A DNA stretch of 59,529 nt from Candidatus Limnocylindrales bacterium (GTDB taxonomy: Bacteria; Chloroflexota; Limnocylindria; Limnocylindrales; CSP1-4), in the NCBI GenBank assembly GCA_035764655.1, contig DASTYU010000071.1, positions 1 through 59,529 of the forward strand. The letters are read 5' to 3'. Numbering within the stretch: the stretch's first letter is position 1; each line of letters begins with the position of its first letter. The notes beneath the pieces are model-generated. The model did no database searches. It saw nothing but the letters and a program-made list of their open reading frames with translations, and had not been told where the DNA came from. Shown piece after piece: positions 25,347-34,930 of the stretch. The position numbers and the translations under genes were made by a program.

Positions 25347-26680
25347 CGCACGGCCTCTGCGCCGCGCGACGACCGGGTTGCCGGAGCCGCTGTCGCTTCG
25401 AGGGATGCGGCAGCCCGCCAGGCGCTCGCCAGCGCGACGCCGTCGCCGGAGCGGTCGACCATCCACTGCTGGCCGGCCAGCAGCGAACCGACGACGCGCA
25501 CGTTCTCGAAGAGGGGCCCCTCTGCGGGGCGCAGCGGGTCCACCGGGCGGAGCGCGTCGTCGGTCCGGATGCCCGCCGCCGCGATCGGCAGCGACGCGGG
25601 ATCGAGCGGATCGCCGTGCAGCCAGCGCTGGATCGGTGGACCGTCCGCCGGCAGTCCGAGGACGACCTCGCGGATCGCGCCGTCCGGGTCCCCGACGAGC
25701 CCGCCGCCGGCAATGCCGCCGGTCGCCAGCACGAGGGCGCCGACGCGCGTGGTCAGGTCGCGAGTGGCGGCCTCGGTCGCCACCGCGGTGACCGTTCCGT
25801 TGGTCGCCTCGACGCGCGCAATCCGCTCGCCGATGAGGATTCGGCCGCCGAGCGCGCGAAGCTTCGCGCGGAGCACGTCGTGCAGGCGGATGCCCGGAAT
25901 CCCCGGTGGCACGAGCGGGAGCTCGATCACCGGCGTCCCGAACCGCTGGATCGCGTCCTCGAGCACGCGCGCATGGTCGCGCAGCCCGAGGACGGCCGGC
26001 AGGCCGACTCGCACCGGTCCCGATCCGGTCGAGGCGACGGCGCGGGCGGTGATGTCGAGCGCCGCCGCGCGCCAGTCCGGATCGTCGAAGTGCTCGGCGA
26101 TGCGCAGCGCGTTCAGGTTGCGGCGTTCGCGCAGCCCCGGCCAATCGATGGCAACGCCGACCACCTGGTCCGGGCGCGAGAAGCCGCCCCACACCTCGGG
26201 ACGGGCCAGGCTCGACGCAACGGCGCGCGGCCAGAAGTCCTTGTATCCGGCGTGACCCGCGATCACCAGCCGCTCGCCGGGCGCCCACGGCTGCAGCGTC
26301 GGCGCCTGTGCCTCGGGCACGATCGACACCGGCCGGATGCCGCCGATCGCGGTTGGCAGCGCGCCGAAGCCGCCGCTGAGGGAACCCGCGTGCGGGAGCC
26401 CGAGATCTGTCGCGAGCCGCTGGAACCAATCGAGCGCGGGCGCCACATCGGCGCCGAGCACCGCATACGGATGAGCGCGCCGCCTCGCAAGCTGGCCGAC
26501 CACCGCCGCGGCGCTTCGGGCACCCGGCCTGAAGCCCAGGTCGATCGGACCGCCCGCCCAGTGCAGCGCGCCGTTTCCTTCGGACAGGACCACCACTCGC
26601 GCGCCGTTCTCCGCGAGGCGCACGGCCGTCAGCAGTCCCGCGAGGCCGGCCCCGATGACGGCGACGTCAGCGCTGGGCAT
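25343..26680 (-). CDS. glpB: Anaerobic glycerol-3-phosphate dehydrogenase subunit B
   Basis: DVAVIGAGLAGLLTAVRLAENGARVVVLSEGNGALHWAGGPIDL. Located between glpA and glpC. Confidence 0.88.
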   Translation of the reverse strand: MPSADVAVIGAGLAGLLTAVRLAENGARVVVLSEGNGALHWAGGPIDLGFRPGARSAAAVVGQLARRRAHPYAVLGADVAPALDWFQRLATDLGLPHAGSLSGGFGALPTAIGGIRPVSIVPEAQAPTLQPWAPGERLVIAGHAGYKDFWPRAVASSLARPEVWGGFSRPDQVVGVAIDWPGLRERRNLNALRIAEHFDDPDWRAAALDITARAVASTGSGPVRVGLPAVLGLRDHARVLEDAIQRFGTPVIELPLVPPGIPGIRLHDVLRAKLRALGGRILIGERIARVEATNGTVTAVATEAATRDLTTRVGALVLATGGIAGGGLVGDPDGAIREVVLGLPADGPPIQRWLHGDPLDPASLPIAAAGIRTDDALRPVDPLRPAEGPLFENVRVVGSLLAGQQWMVDRSGDGVALASAWRAAASLEATAAPATRSSRGAEAVR

Positions 26681-28313
26681 TGCTGCCGGGGCTCGTGCCG
26701 ACCAGGCTGCCGAGCCCGAGCGTCCCCCAATGGAACCCGGCCGTCATGACGGCCTCCTGGAGCTGCCGCCCGTGGGCGATCGGCTGCGTGCCGCGCTGCC
26801 GCTCGCGCAGGAAGTCGGCCATCGCCTGCTCCGTCATGTCGCCGATCGCGACCGGATCGCTCGTCGTGCGTGCCGCGTGATCTGCCACCGCACCTGCCGC
26901 GCGGAACGTGCAGAAGCCGCCCTGGCAGGGACCCATCCCGAGGCGGGTCAGGCGGCGGACGTCGTCGAGGCTGCACGGCCAGCGGCGGTCGAGGACCTCC
27001 TCGAGCTGCGACCGCGTCACGAGCTCGCATTCGCACAGCAGCGCGGCGTCGCCGCCCCCGTCGGCCTCGTGCGCGGCCAGCCGGCCGCCGAGCCAGTGAT
27101 AGCGCCCCTTCCGATCGCCGTGCGGATCGGGCACCGGTTCCTGCGCGGTGGTGGCGCGGTCCGTCACCCCGGCCTTGCGCGCCACGGCGTCGGCGGTGTC
27201 CTGGGCCATCAGTCGGTAGGTCGTCAGCTTGCCGCCGACGATCGAGGTCAAGTTGCTGATCCCGTCGCGCGGGGCGTGGTCGAGCACGACGTGGGCGCGG
27301 GTCACCTCGCGTGATTCGGTGCCGGTCTCGCTCGGGTCGTACAGCGGCCGGACGCCGCCGTAGGCACGCAGGAGGCGCATCCGACGGAGCTTCGGAAACA
27401 GCTTTTCGCCCTCGTCGAGCAGCTCGTCGACCTCCGCCCGGGTGATCTGCCAGTGATCCGGGTCGGCGACGTGGATGTCCGTCGTCCCGAGGATTGCCAC
27501 CGTCCCGACCGGGACCATGATGTCGCCGTCGGACGCCATGTGACAGCGGTTGATGACCGCATCCGTCATGCGCTGGTTGAAAACGAGCATCGTGCCCTTG
27601 CCGGGCGCCATCGTCAGCTTCGCACCGGCCATCGCCGCGACCTGCCCGCCCCACGCCCCTGCGGCCGACACCATCTGGCCGGCCATCACGCGGTACTCGG
27701 TGCCGCTCCTGATGTCAACGACACGCGCGGCCAGCAGGCGCTCGCCCGATCGGTCGAAGCCGACGACCCGGTGGTACGGCAAGGCCATGCTGCCGAGCGC
27801 GGCGGCGTCGGCCACGTTGCCCTCGATCAGCGCCCACGGCTCGACCGCCGCGTCGGGCACGGCGAACGCCCGGCGAATGCGCGGATTGAGCGTCGGATTG
27901 CGGCGCAGGACTTCCCTGACGTCGACCTCCTCGCAATCGACGTCGCTCGCGGCGCACAGGGCCGGAAAGGCGTCCACGTAGTCGTCCGGGTCGTCCGGGG
28001 TCGCGACGAAGTAGCCACCGGTGTCCTCGACCGCGAACGACGCGATCCGCCGGACGATCCGGTTCTCGACGATGCATTCGCGGGCCGCGTCCCGGTCTCG
28101 CGCGACGTAGCGCCCGCCGGAATGGAGCAGCCCGTGGTAGCGCCCGCTCGTCCCCGTGCCGAGATCGGACCGGTCAACGAGCAGCGTACGCATGCCGCGC
28201 CGGGCCAGGTCGCGCAGCAGGCCGGCGCCCGTCGCCCCGCCCCCGATCACCAGCGCGTCCCAGGCAATGCCCGGATCGAGCGTCGGGACGGCGGCGCTCC
28301 GGGCAAGGGTCAC
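26667..28313 (-). CDS. glpA: Anaerobic glycerol-3-phosphate dehydrogenase subunit A
   Basis: DALVIGGGATGAGLLRDLARRGMRTLLVDRSDLGTGTSGRYHGLLHSGGRY. C-terminal BFD-like 2Fe-2S region LLCECELV...GMGPCQGGFC. Confidence 0.92.
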   Translation of the reverse strand: MTLARSAAVPTLDPGIAWDALVIGGGATGAGLLRDLARRGMRTLLVDRSDLGTGTSGRYHGLLHSGGRYVARDRDAARECIVENRIVRRIASFAVEDTGGYFVATPDDPDDYVDAFPALCAASDVDCEEVDVREVLRRNPTLNPRIRRAFAVPDAAVEPWALIEGNVADAAALGSMALPYHRVVGFDRSGERLLAARVVDIRSGTEYRVMAGQMVSAAGAWGGQVAAMAGAKLTMAPGKGTMLVFNQRMTDAVINRCHMASDGDIMVPVGTVAILGTTDIHVADPDHWQITRAEVDELLDEGEKLFPKLRRMRLLRAYGGVRPLYDPSETGTESREVTRAHVVLDHAPRDGISNLTSIVGGKLTTYRLMAQDTADAVARKAGVTDRATTAQEPVPDPHGDRKGRYHWLGGRLAAHEADGGGDAALLCECELVTRSQLEEVLDRRWPCSLDDVRRLTRLGMGPCQGGFCTFRAAGAVADHAARTTSDPVAIGDMTEQAMADFLRERQRGTQPIAHGRQLQEAVMTAGFHWGTLGLGSLVGTSPGSNAQR

Positions 28314-28600
28314 GTGGCCGCCTCCACGTCCTCCCCGAGGCCCGCGTCGACCGCCTCGCGGATGGCGGCGATGGCTGCATCGGCGTCATCGCCCTCGGCC
28401 GTCACCTCGATCTCGGTCCCGCTCGACACGCCGAGGGTCAGCACGGACAGGATCGACTTGGCGTCGACCGGTCCCTTGCCGGCGGCCGGATTGCCAACCG
28501 TGATCTTCGAGGCGAACCGGCCACACGTGCGCACGAACAGCGCCGCGGGCCGCGCATGCAGCCCGGACGGGTTGCGGACGACGAGCCGTGCCGTCGTCAC
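28310..28600 (-). CDS. ptsH: HPr-family phosphocarrier protein
   Basis: NPSGLHARPAA (His-15 site) and DAKSILSVLTLGV (Ser-46-like site). 96 aa, with GTGA overlaps on both sides. Confidence 0.88.
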   Translation of the reverse strand: MTTARLVVRNPSGLHARPAALFVRTCGRFASKITVGNPAAGKGPVDAKSILSVLTLGVSSGTEIEVTAEGDDADAAIAAIREAVDAGLGEDVEAAT

Positions 28601-29025
28601 CGGGCGACGCCCTTGTCCATCATGCGAGCCTCCTCGGTCGCGGCGAGGACCGCCGCAAGTGGTTCGCCGATGCTCGCCTGGACCGCGCCGACCAGCCCGC
28701 CCTCGGCCACGGGCCCTCCGGAGATCACGACCCGACCCGTGACCGGCTCGTCGAGCAATTCGATGGCCGTCTTGCTGGCGAGGATCGCCGAGCCGAGATC
28801 GGCCACGATCACGACGCCCGCCCCGCGGTCCGCGCGACCGATGGCGGCCGCGATGCCGTCCGCGTCCGTGCCGAGCGACCCGTCGGGCGCGCCACCGACC
28901 GCTTCGAGCGCGACGTCATCGCCCGCCATCTGGCGGGCGAGCTCGACCACGCCTTCGGCGAGGCGGCGGGAATGGGAAACCACCACGATCCCGACGGAGG
29001 GCGGGGCGGCCCCGGGCTCGGACAA
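28597..29025 (-). CDS. dhaM: Dihydroxyacetone kinase phosphotransfer subunit DhaM (EIIA-Man-like domain only)
   Basis: VGIVVVSHSRRLAEGVVELARQM...VIVADLGSAILAS. Start taken at TTG 29025, 8 nt after AAGGA. GTG 28986 is an alternative. Confidence 0.78.
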   Translation of the reverse strand: MSEPGAAPPSVGIVVVSHSRRLAEGVVELARQMAGDDVALEAVGGAPDGSLGTDADGIAAAIGRADRGAGVVIVADLGSAILASKTAIELLDEPVTGRVVISGGPVAEGGLVGAVQASIGEPLAAVLAATEEARMMDKGVAR

Positions 29026-29090
29026 CGCAATCGATCCTTGGTGGTTGGGTGCGGGCCGGTGAAGCGCGTCCACCGGCCCGCGGTTGGGGG

Positions 29091-30590
29091 CTAGTGCTCG
29101 ACCCAGTCGAAGGTGCGGGTGACCGCCTTCTTCCAGAAGCGGTACTCCTTGTCCCGCTCGCCCGGATCCATCTTCGGCGACCACTCCTTGTCCTTCGCCC
29201 AGTTCTGGCGGAGGTCGTCGACGGTGCTCCAGAAGCCCACCGCCAGGCCGGCCGCGTAGGCCGCCCCGAGGGCGGTCGTCTCGGCGACCTGCGGCCGGAT
29301 GACCGGCACGCCCAGGACGTCGGACTGGAACTGCATCAGGAGCTCGTTGTAGACCATGCCGCCATCGACCTTGAGCGCCGTCAGCGCGACGCCGGAGTCG
29401 GCGTTCATCGCATCGAGCACCTCGCGAGTCTGCCAGGCGGTCGCCTCGAGCGTGGCCCGGGCGATGTGACCCTTGTTGACGTAGCGCGTGAGGCCGGCGA
29501 TCACGCCGCGTGCATCGTTCTTCCAGTACGGCGCGAACAGCCCGGAGAAGGCCGGGACGAAGTACACACCGCCGTTGTCCTCGACGGTCGCGGCCAGTGC
29601 CTCGACCTCGGCCGAGGACGTGATCAGGCCGATGTTGTCGCGCAGCCACTGGACCAGCGCGCCGGTGATCGCAATCGAGCCCTCGAGGGCGTAGACCGCG
29701 GGCTGGTCGCCGATCTTGTAGCCGAGCGTGGTCAACAGGCCGCTCTTCGACGGCACCGCCTTCGTGCCCGTGTTGAGGAGCATGAAGCAGCCCGTGCCGT
29801 AGGTGTTCTTGGCCTCGCCGGCGTCATAGCACGCCTGCCCGAACAGGGCCGCCTGCTGGTCGCCCAGGTCGCCCGCGACGGCCACGCCGTCGAGGTCGCC
29901 CTTGGCCGTGCCGTAGACCTCGGACGAGGCCTTGACCGCGGGCAGCATCGACTTGGGGATGCCCATGAGCGACAGGATCTCGTCGTCCCACGCAAGGGTC
30001 TCGTAGTTGAACAGCAGCGTCCGGCTGGCGTTCGTGACGTCGGTCACGTGGACGCCACCGTTCACCCCACCCGTGAGGTTCCAGATGCACCACGTGTCGA
30101 TGTTGCCGAACAGCAGGTCACCGGCCTCGGCCTTGGCCCGGGCGCCGTCGACGTTGTCGAGGATCCACTTGACCTTGGGTCCCGAGAAGTAGGTCGCCAG
30201 CGGCAGGCCGGTCTTGCCCCGGAGGCGGTCCTGGCCGCCGTCCTTGGCGAACTCGTTGACGATCACGTCGGTCCGGGTGTCCTGCCAGACGATCGCGTTG
30301 TAGACCGCCTTGCCGGTGTTCTTGTCCCAGACGACCGCCGTCTCGCGCTGGTTGGTGATGCCGACGGCGGCCAGGTCGCCCGCGCTGATGCCGGCCTTGT
30401 CGAGCGCGCCCCGGATGACCTCCTGGCTGCGCATCCAGATCTCGGCCGGGTCGTGCTCCACCCAGCCCGGCTTGGGATAGATCTGCTCGTGCTCCTTCTG
30501 GTGGATGGCGACCACCTGCCCGCCATGGTCAAAGATCATGAAGCGGGTGCTGGTCGTCCCCTGGTCGAGGGCGCCAACGTACTTCGGCAT
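29091..30590 (-). CDS. glpK: Glycerol kinase
   Basis: [59 protein letters not shown] Shine-Dalgarno before ATG 30590. Confidence 0.97.
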   Translation of the reverse strand: MPKYVGALDQGTTSTRFMIFDHGGQVVAIHQKEHEQIYPKPGWVEHDPAEIWMRSQEVIRGALDKAGISAGDLAAVGITNQRETAVVWDKNTGKAVYNAIVWQDTRTDVIVNEFAKDGGQDRLRGKTGLPLATYFSGPKVKWILDNVDGARAKAEAGDLLFGNIDTWCIWNLTGGVNGGVHVTDVTNASRTLLFNYETLAWDDEILSLMGIPKSMLPAVKASSEVYGTAKGDLDGVAVAGDLGDQQAALFGQACYDAGEAKNTYGTGCFMLLNTGTKAVPSKSGLLTTLGYKIGDQPAVYALEGSIAITGALVQWLRDNIGLITSSAEVEALAATVEDNGGVYFVPAFSGLFAPYWKNDARGVIAGLTRYVNKGHIARATLEATAWQTREVLDAMNADSGVALTALKVDGGMVYNELLMQFQSDVLGVPVIRPQVAETTALGAAYAAGLAVGFWSTVDDLRQNWAKDKEWSPKMDPGERDKEYRFWKKAVTRTFDWVEH

Positions 30591-30618
30591 CCCGTTCCTC
30601 CTGTGCTGCGGACGCTCC

Positions 30619-31251
30619 TCAGCCGGCGCGTCCGAGTTGGTCCCTGAGTGCCTCGAAGAGGATCGTGGCGCTCGTCGCGCCAGGGTCCTGGTGACCGGCG
30701 GACCGCTCCCCCAGGTAGCTCGCGCGCCCCTTCCGGGCGACGAGCGGCGTGATCCGGTCGCGCCCGGCGGCGGCAGCGTCGGCGGCCGCGGCGAGCGCGG
30801 TGGCGAAATCTGCCTCCGCACCCGCTTCGAGCGCCTCGACCGCCGGGGTCATGGCATCGACCATCGTCTTGTCGTCGAGATTCGCCTTCCCGAGACCGAC
30901 GATCCCGTCGAGCCCCGCTCGGAGCCCGCGGGCGACATCGGCCGGAGACACGTCCTCGGCCTCGCCGAGGGCCGTCCCGAGTCGCAGGAAGAACGTGCCG
31001 TAGAGGGGCCCGCTCGCCCCACCGACCGTCGAGATGAGCGTGCGACCGACCTGCTTGAACAGGGCGCCCGCCTGCCCATCCCGAAGGGTCGGCAGGTGTT
31101 CCCGGACCGCGGTCATGCCGCGGTCCATGTTGATGCCGTGGTCGGCATCGCCGATGGCCGAGTCAAGCGCGGTCAGCTCCTCGCGGGCGTCGCGGATCCG
31201 ATCCGCGAAGGTCTCGAGCGCTGCCGTGAAGTCGGCCGTCGTGATGCCCAC
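30619..31251 (-). CDS. dhaL: Dihydroxyacetone kinase subunit L (ADP-binding)
   Basis: [29 protein letters not shown]. Confidence 0.9.
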   Translation of the reverse strand: MGITTADFTAALETFADRIRDAREELTALDSAIGDADHGINMDRGMTAVREHLPTLRDGQAGALFKQVGRTLISTVGGASGPLYGTFFLRLGTALGEAEDVSPADVARGLRAGLDGIVGLGKANLDDKTMVDAMTPAVEALEAGAEADFATALAAAADAAAAGRDRITPLVARKGRASYLGERSAGHQDPGATSATILFEALRDQLGRAG

Positions 31252-31254
31252 CGG

Positions 31255-32253
<999 letters not shown>

Positions 32254-32316
32254 CGCTACTCCCCGCTTGGTGGGTGCGGCGCCCCCGGACGCCTCAGGAT
32301 CGGCGCTGAACGGGGA

Positions 32317-33102
32317 TCAACCCCCCATGACCGCCGCGGCCATGTAGTCGGCGACGACGAAGTTGTAGATCAGCCAGGCGACGGCGGCGCCGACGAGCGG
32401 CCCGATCACGGGGACCCACGAGTAGGCCCAGTCGGAATCGCGCTTGCCGGGAATCGGAAGCAGGAAGTGGGCGATGCGGGGGCCGAGGTCGCGAGCGGGA
32501 TTGATCGCGTATCCGGTCGTGCCGCCGAGGGCGAGGCCGATGACCAGGACGAGCAAGGCGACCGGCAGTGCGCCGAGGGAGGCGAGGCCGGCCGGGTTCT
32601 CGGTGGCTGCGGCGTTCACGCCGAACATGAAGATCACGAAGACCAGCACGAATGTGCCGACGACCTCGCTGACGAAGTTCCAGGGGTAGTTGCGGATTGC
32701 CGGGCCGGTGCTGTAGACGGCCAGCTTGAGGTCGGCGTCCTCCGTCTGCGACCAGTGCGGGTAGTAGTGGAGGAAGACGATCACCGCGCCCAGGAAGGCG
32801 CCGATCATCTCCGCTGCCCAGTAGGCGAGCATGGTCAAGACCGGCTGATCGCCGGGCAGCGCGCCATCGAGGAACAAGCCGAACGTGACCGCCGGGTTCA
32901 GGTGCGCTCCGCTGATGGGACCAGCAACGATCACACCGGCGAACACGGCGAAAGCCCATGCCATCGTGATGACGATCCACCCGCTGTTCTGCGCCTTCGA
33001 TCGGTTGAGCAGAACTCCGGCGACCACGCCGTCGCCGAGCAGGATGAGCGTCGCGGTGCCGAGAATCTCGGCGACCATGATCTCGCCAATGTTTGGCGGC
33101 AT
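32317..33102 (-). CDS. glpF: Aquaglyceroporin / glycerol uptake facilitator (MIP family)
   Basis: Both NPA boxes are present (HLNPAVTF and INPARDLGPR). ATG 33102 follows GAGGAGGAACTGCGT. The longer ORF start at 33180 would run through the leader terminator. Confidence 0.9.
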   Translation of the reverse strand: MPPNIGEIMVAEILGTATLILLGDGVVAGVLLNRSKAQNSGWIVITMAWAFAVFAGVIVAGPISGAHLNPAVTFGLFLDGALPGDQPVLTMLAYWAAEMIGAFLGAVIVFLHYYPHWSQTEDADLKLAVYSTGPAIRNYPWNFVSEVVGTFVLVFVIFMFGVNAAATENPAGLASLGALPVALLVLVIGLALGGTTGYAINPARDLGPRIAHFLLPIPGKRDSDWAYSWVPVIGPLVGAAVAWLIYNFVVADYMAAAVMGG

Positions 33103-33150
33103 ACGCAGTTCCTCCTCGTCCTCCAGACGTCCCTCAACGAGTCGCGCACC

Positions 33151-33195
33151 ACAACAAAAAAGTCCGCGCCTCGACAACACTGCCGAGACGGGACT
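33151..33195 (-). terminator. Intrinsic terminator inside the glpF leader (likely GlpP antitermination target)
   Basis: The minus strand reads AGTCCCGTCTCGgcagtgttgtCGAGGCGCGGACT followed by TTTTTTGTTGT. That is 12 bp with one bulge plus a U-tract, conspicuous in this G+C-rich DNA, and it ends ~50 nt upstream of the glpF ATG. Confidence 0.65.
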
Positions 33196-33231
33196 TATCA
33201 GATCATGGTCCCGCGAGGTAGGGCAGAAACC

Positions 33232-33260
33232 GTTCTAGTCCTTTGCAGGACCGTTGTCAA
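33232..33260 (-). promoter_or_regulatory. Candidate promoter of the glpF operon
   Basis: TTGACA-N17-TAGAAC on the minus strand. The -10 lacks the usual final T, so this is tentative. Confidence 0.35.
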
Positions 33261-33277
33261 GAGGCACCCAAACCGTT

Positions 33278-33871
33278 TCAGGCAGGTGACAGACCGACTC
33301 CGCGCATGAGCGCCTCGGACTCGGCGATGCCCTGTGCCACCTCGGGCCGGACCACGATCCCCTCGGCCACGGCCAGGGTCGCGAGGGCGTCGGCGGCGTT
33401 ATCGATCAGGCCGTACGCCACCAGCGGTCGAACGAGCAGCGCGAGCTCCGACGGAAGCATGTGGTGCAACACGAGGCCGGGCGAGATGACGGTGCCGACG
33501 CGCTCTCGGCGTGGATGGCCGTGCAGCGAGCGGCGCAGGCCCGTCGAGTCGAATGCGAGCACGTTGAGCAGGGCCAGGCCCCCGGCCGCGGCGAACGCGT
33601 CGGCGACCTGCGGGCGCCGCGTCAGCATGATCTCGATCGACAGTCTGTCGCGCAGGAATGCCACCGCGGCGTCGTCCGAGCCGAGTCCGCGGATCGAGTC
33701 GAGCTCGACGGCCGGCGGGGTACCGTTCGACAGCGCGCAGTCGATCAGCGCCGCCAGGTCCGTGTTGCGCAACAGGATCCCGGCGTCGAGACCGGGCGGC
33801 GGGCTCGTCCCCCCGCGGCCGGTGTCCGCCACGAGGATCCGCGGAAGGTGGATGGTGGCACCGTCAGCCAT
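33278..33871 (-). CDS. GlpP-family (glycerol-3-phosphate-responsive antiterminator) protein, divergent paralog B
   Basis: VELDSIRGLGSDDAAVAFL, ISPGLV and PLVAYGLIDNAADALATLA align with the B. subtilis GlpP blocks VHADLIHGLKNDEYAAEFL, VLPGVM and PILAGGLIRTEEEVRAALA. ATG 33871 overlaps paralog A by 8 nt. Confidence 0.72.
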   Translation of the reverse strand: MADGATIHLPRILVADTGRGGTSPPPGLDAGILLRNTDLAALIDCALSNGTPPAVELDSIRGLGSDDAAVAFLRDRLSIEIMLTRRPQVADAFAAAGGLALLNVLAFDSTGLRRSLHGHPRRERVGTVISPGLVLHHMLPSELALLVRPLVAYGLIDNAADALATLAVAEGIVVRPEVAQGIAESEALMRGVGLSPA

Positions 33872-34466
33872 GGACGGCCGCCTGCAGGTCCCACAGCCCT
33901 TCGGAGCTGGTCGTGACGCCGATCGCACCGGCGGCGAGGACCGAGCGGGCGTCGAGCGGGGTCCGGATGAAGCCGCCGGCGAGCATCGGTACCTCGAGCG
34001 GTGGCAGCAGCCCGTTGATCGCCGGCAGGACAACGCCCGGGAGGATCTCGACAATGTGCGGGCGGGAGCGGGCCAGCGCCGTGACGGCCGTATCGAGGTG
34101 CTCGCGGCGCGACAGCAGCAGGCGGTGGATCGCGATGACCCCCTCGTTGCGGATGACCGGCATCAGCTGGCCGTGCGAGGTGATCACGGCGTCAACGCCG
34201 CAGCGCGCCAGCCACGTCACGCCCCAGTGGTCGGCCTTCAGGCCGTCGACCAGGTCGAGGTGGACGGCGATGAGCTTGCCGCTGTCGTGGACCCGGCGAA
34301 TCATGTCGGACAGGTCCAGGCCGTTGCCGCGCAGGACGAAAACGGCGGGCGCGCGCGACCCAAGCGCCGCCTCCAGCCGGGCCCCGTCGACGATCGCGGC
34401 ACAACACGGGGCATCGGCGAGACGTGACAGGAAGTCGCTCGCGGTCGGGGGGATGTAGGAGGTCAT
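33864..34466 (-). CDS. glpP: Glycerol-3-phosphate-responsive antiterminator GlpP, paralog A
   Basis: IAVHLDLVDGLKADHWGVTWL, EILPGVVLPAI, PMLAGGFIRTPLDARSVLAAGAIGVTTSSEGLW. GGGAG Shine-Dalgarno before ATG 34466. Confidence 0.85.
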   Translation of the reverse strand: MTSYIPPTASDFLSRLADAPCCAAIVDGARLEAALGSRAPAVFVLRGNGLDLSDMIRRVHDSGKLIAVHLDLVDGLKADHWGVTWLARCGVDAVITSHGQLMPVIRNEGVIAIHRLLLSRREHLDTAVTALARSRPHIVEILPGVVLPAINGLLPPLEVPMLAGGFIRTPLDARSVLAAGAIGVTTSSEGLWDLQAAVHG

Positions 34467-34504
34467 CGACTCCCGGTGAGCTGGGGCTGCCCGCAAGCAT
34501 AGCG

Positions 34505-34534
34505 GAGCCGGGTGGCCCCCAGACCACCCGGCTC
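34505..34534 (-). terminator. Strong GC hairpin after the small acidic-protein gene
   Basis: gagccgggtgg-cccccaga-ccacccggctc as written on the + strand; the minus-strand transcript forms the same stem with loop tctggggg. Perfect 11-bp stem 30 nt downstream of the stop at 34565. No clear U-tract. Confidence 0.5.
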
Positions 34535-34564
34535 GTCGGTCGGTCTTCGAATTGGGTCGAGTGA

Positions 34565-34846
34565 CTAACCCCTGGAGGTGTCGTCCACGCGGTCCCAGTG
34601 GCTCTCGCCCGAAGGCTTGCCCCGCCCGCTGATGTGCTCCATGTCGGCAGTCTCGGTCTCGGGCACGCCGCCGAGGTCCGGCGGGAACGCCTCGCGACCC
34701 TCGCCCTCGCGCGACGTGCCGGTGTTGTCCACTTCCATCTGGCGGCGGTTCCACACCTCACCGCCCTCTTCGATCGGCGTATCCGGGGCGTCGGAGGCCC
34801 ACTGCTCGCGATCCCAGTGCTCGTTCGGTGTCTTCTCGGTACCCAT
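34565..34846 (-). CDS. Small acidic hypothetical protein (93 aa)
   Basis: ATG 34846 sits 8 nt after GAGGAGG. Product MGTEKTPNEHWDREQWASDAPDTPIEEGGEVW... has no recognisable motif and no TM segment. Confidence 0.5.
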   Translation of the reverse strand: MGTEKTPNEHWDREQWASDAPDTPIEEGGEVWNRRQMEVDNTGTSREGEGREAFPPDLGGVPETETADMEHISGRGKPSGESHWDRVDDTSRG

Positions 34847-34930
34847 GCACGGCACCTCCTCGACACCAGCCTCGGCGTTCGCGGGCAGAGGAAGCCTTAC
34901 CCCGCGCGCCAACGCGCTTGCAGGGACCGA

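Noticed and set aside
24015-26429. 804-aa ORF suggesting a GlpB-GlpC fusion.
   Set aside because: Upstream of MTIASVV (25346) the translation is Arg-rich nonsense. It overlaps glpB, which is read in another frame and has clear FAD-binding motifs.
33103-33180. Longer glpF start at 33180 (MLSRRGLFCCG...).
   Set aside because: That extension is translated from the terminator hairpin and U-tract of the leader. A strong GAGGAGG Shine-Dalgarno precedes ATG 33102, where MIP-family similarity begins.
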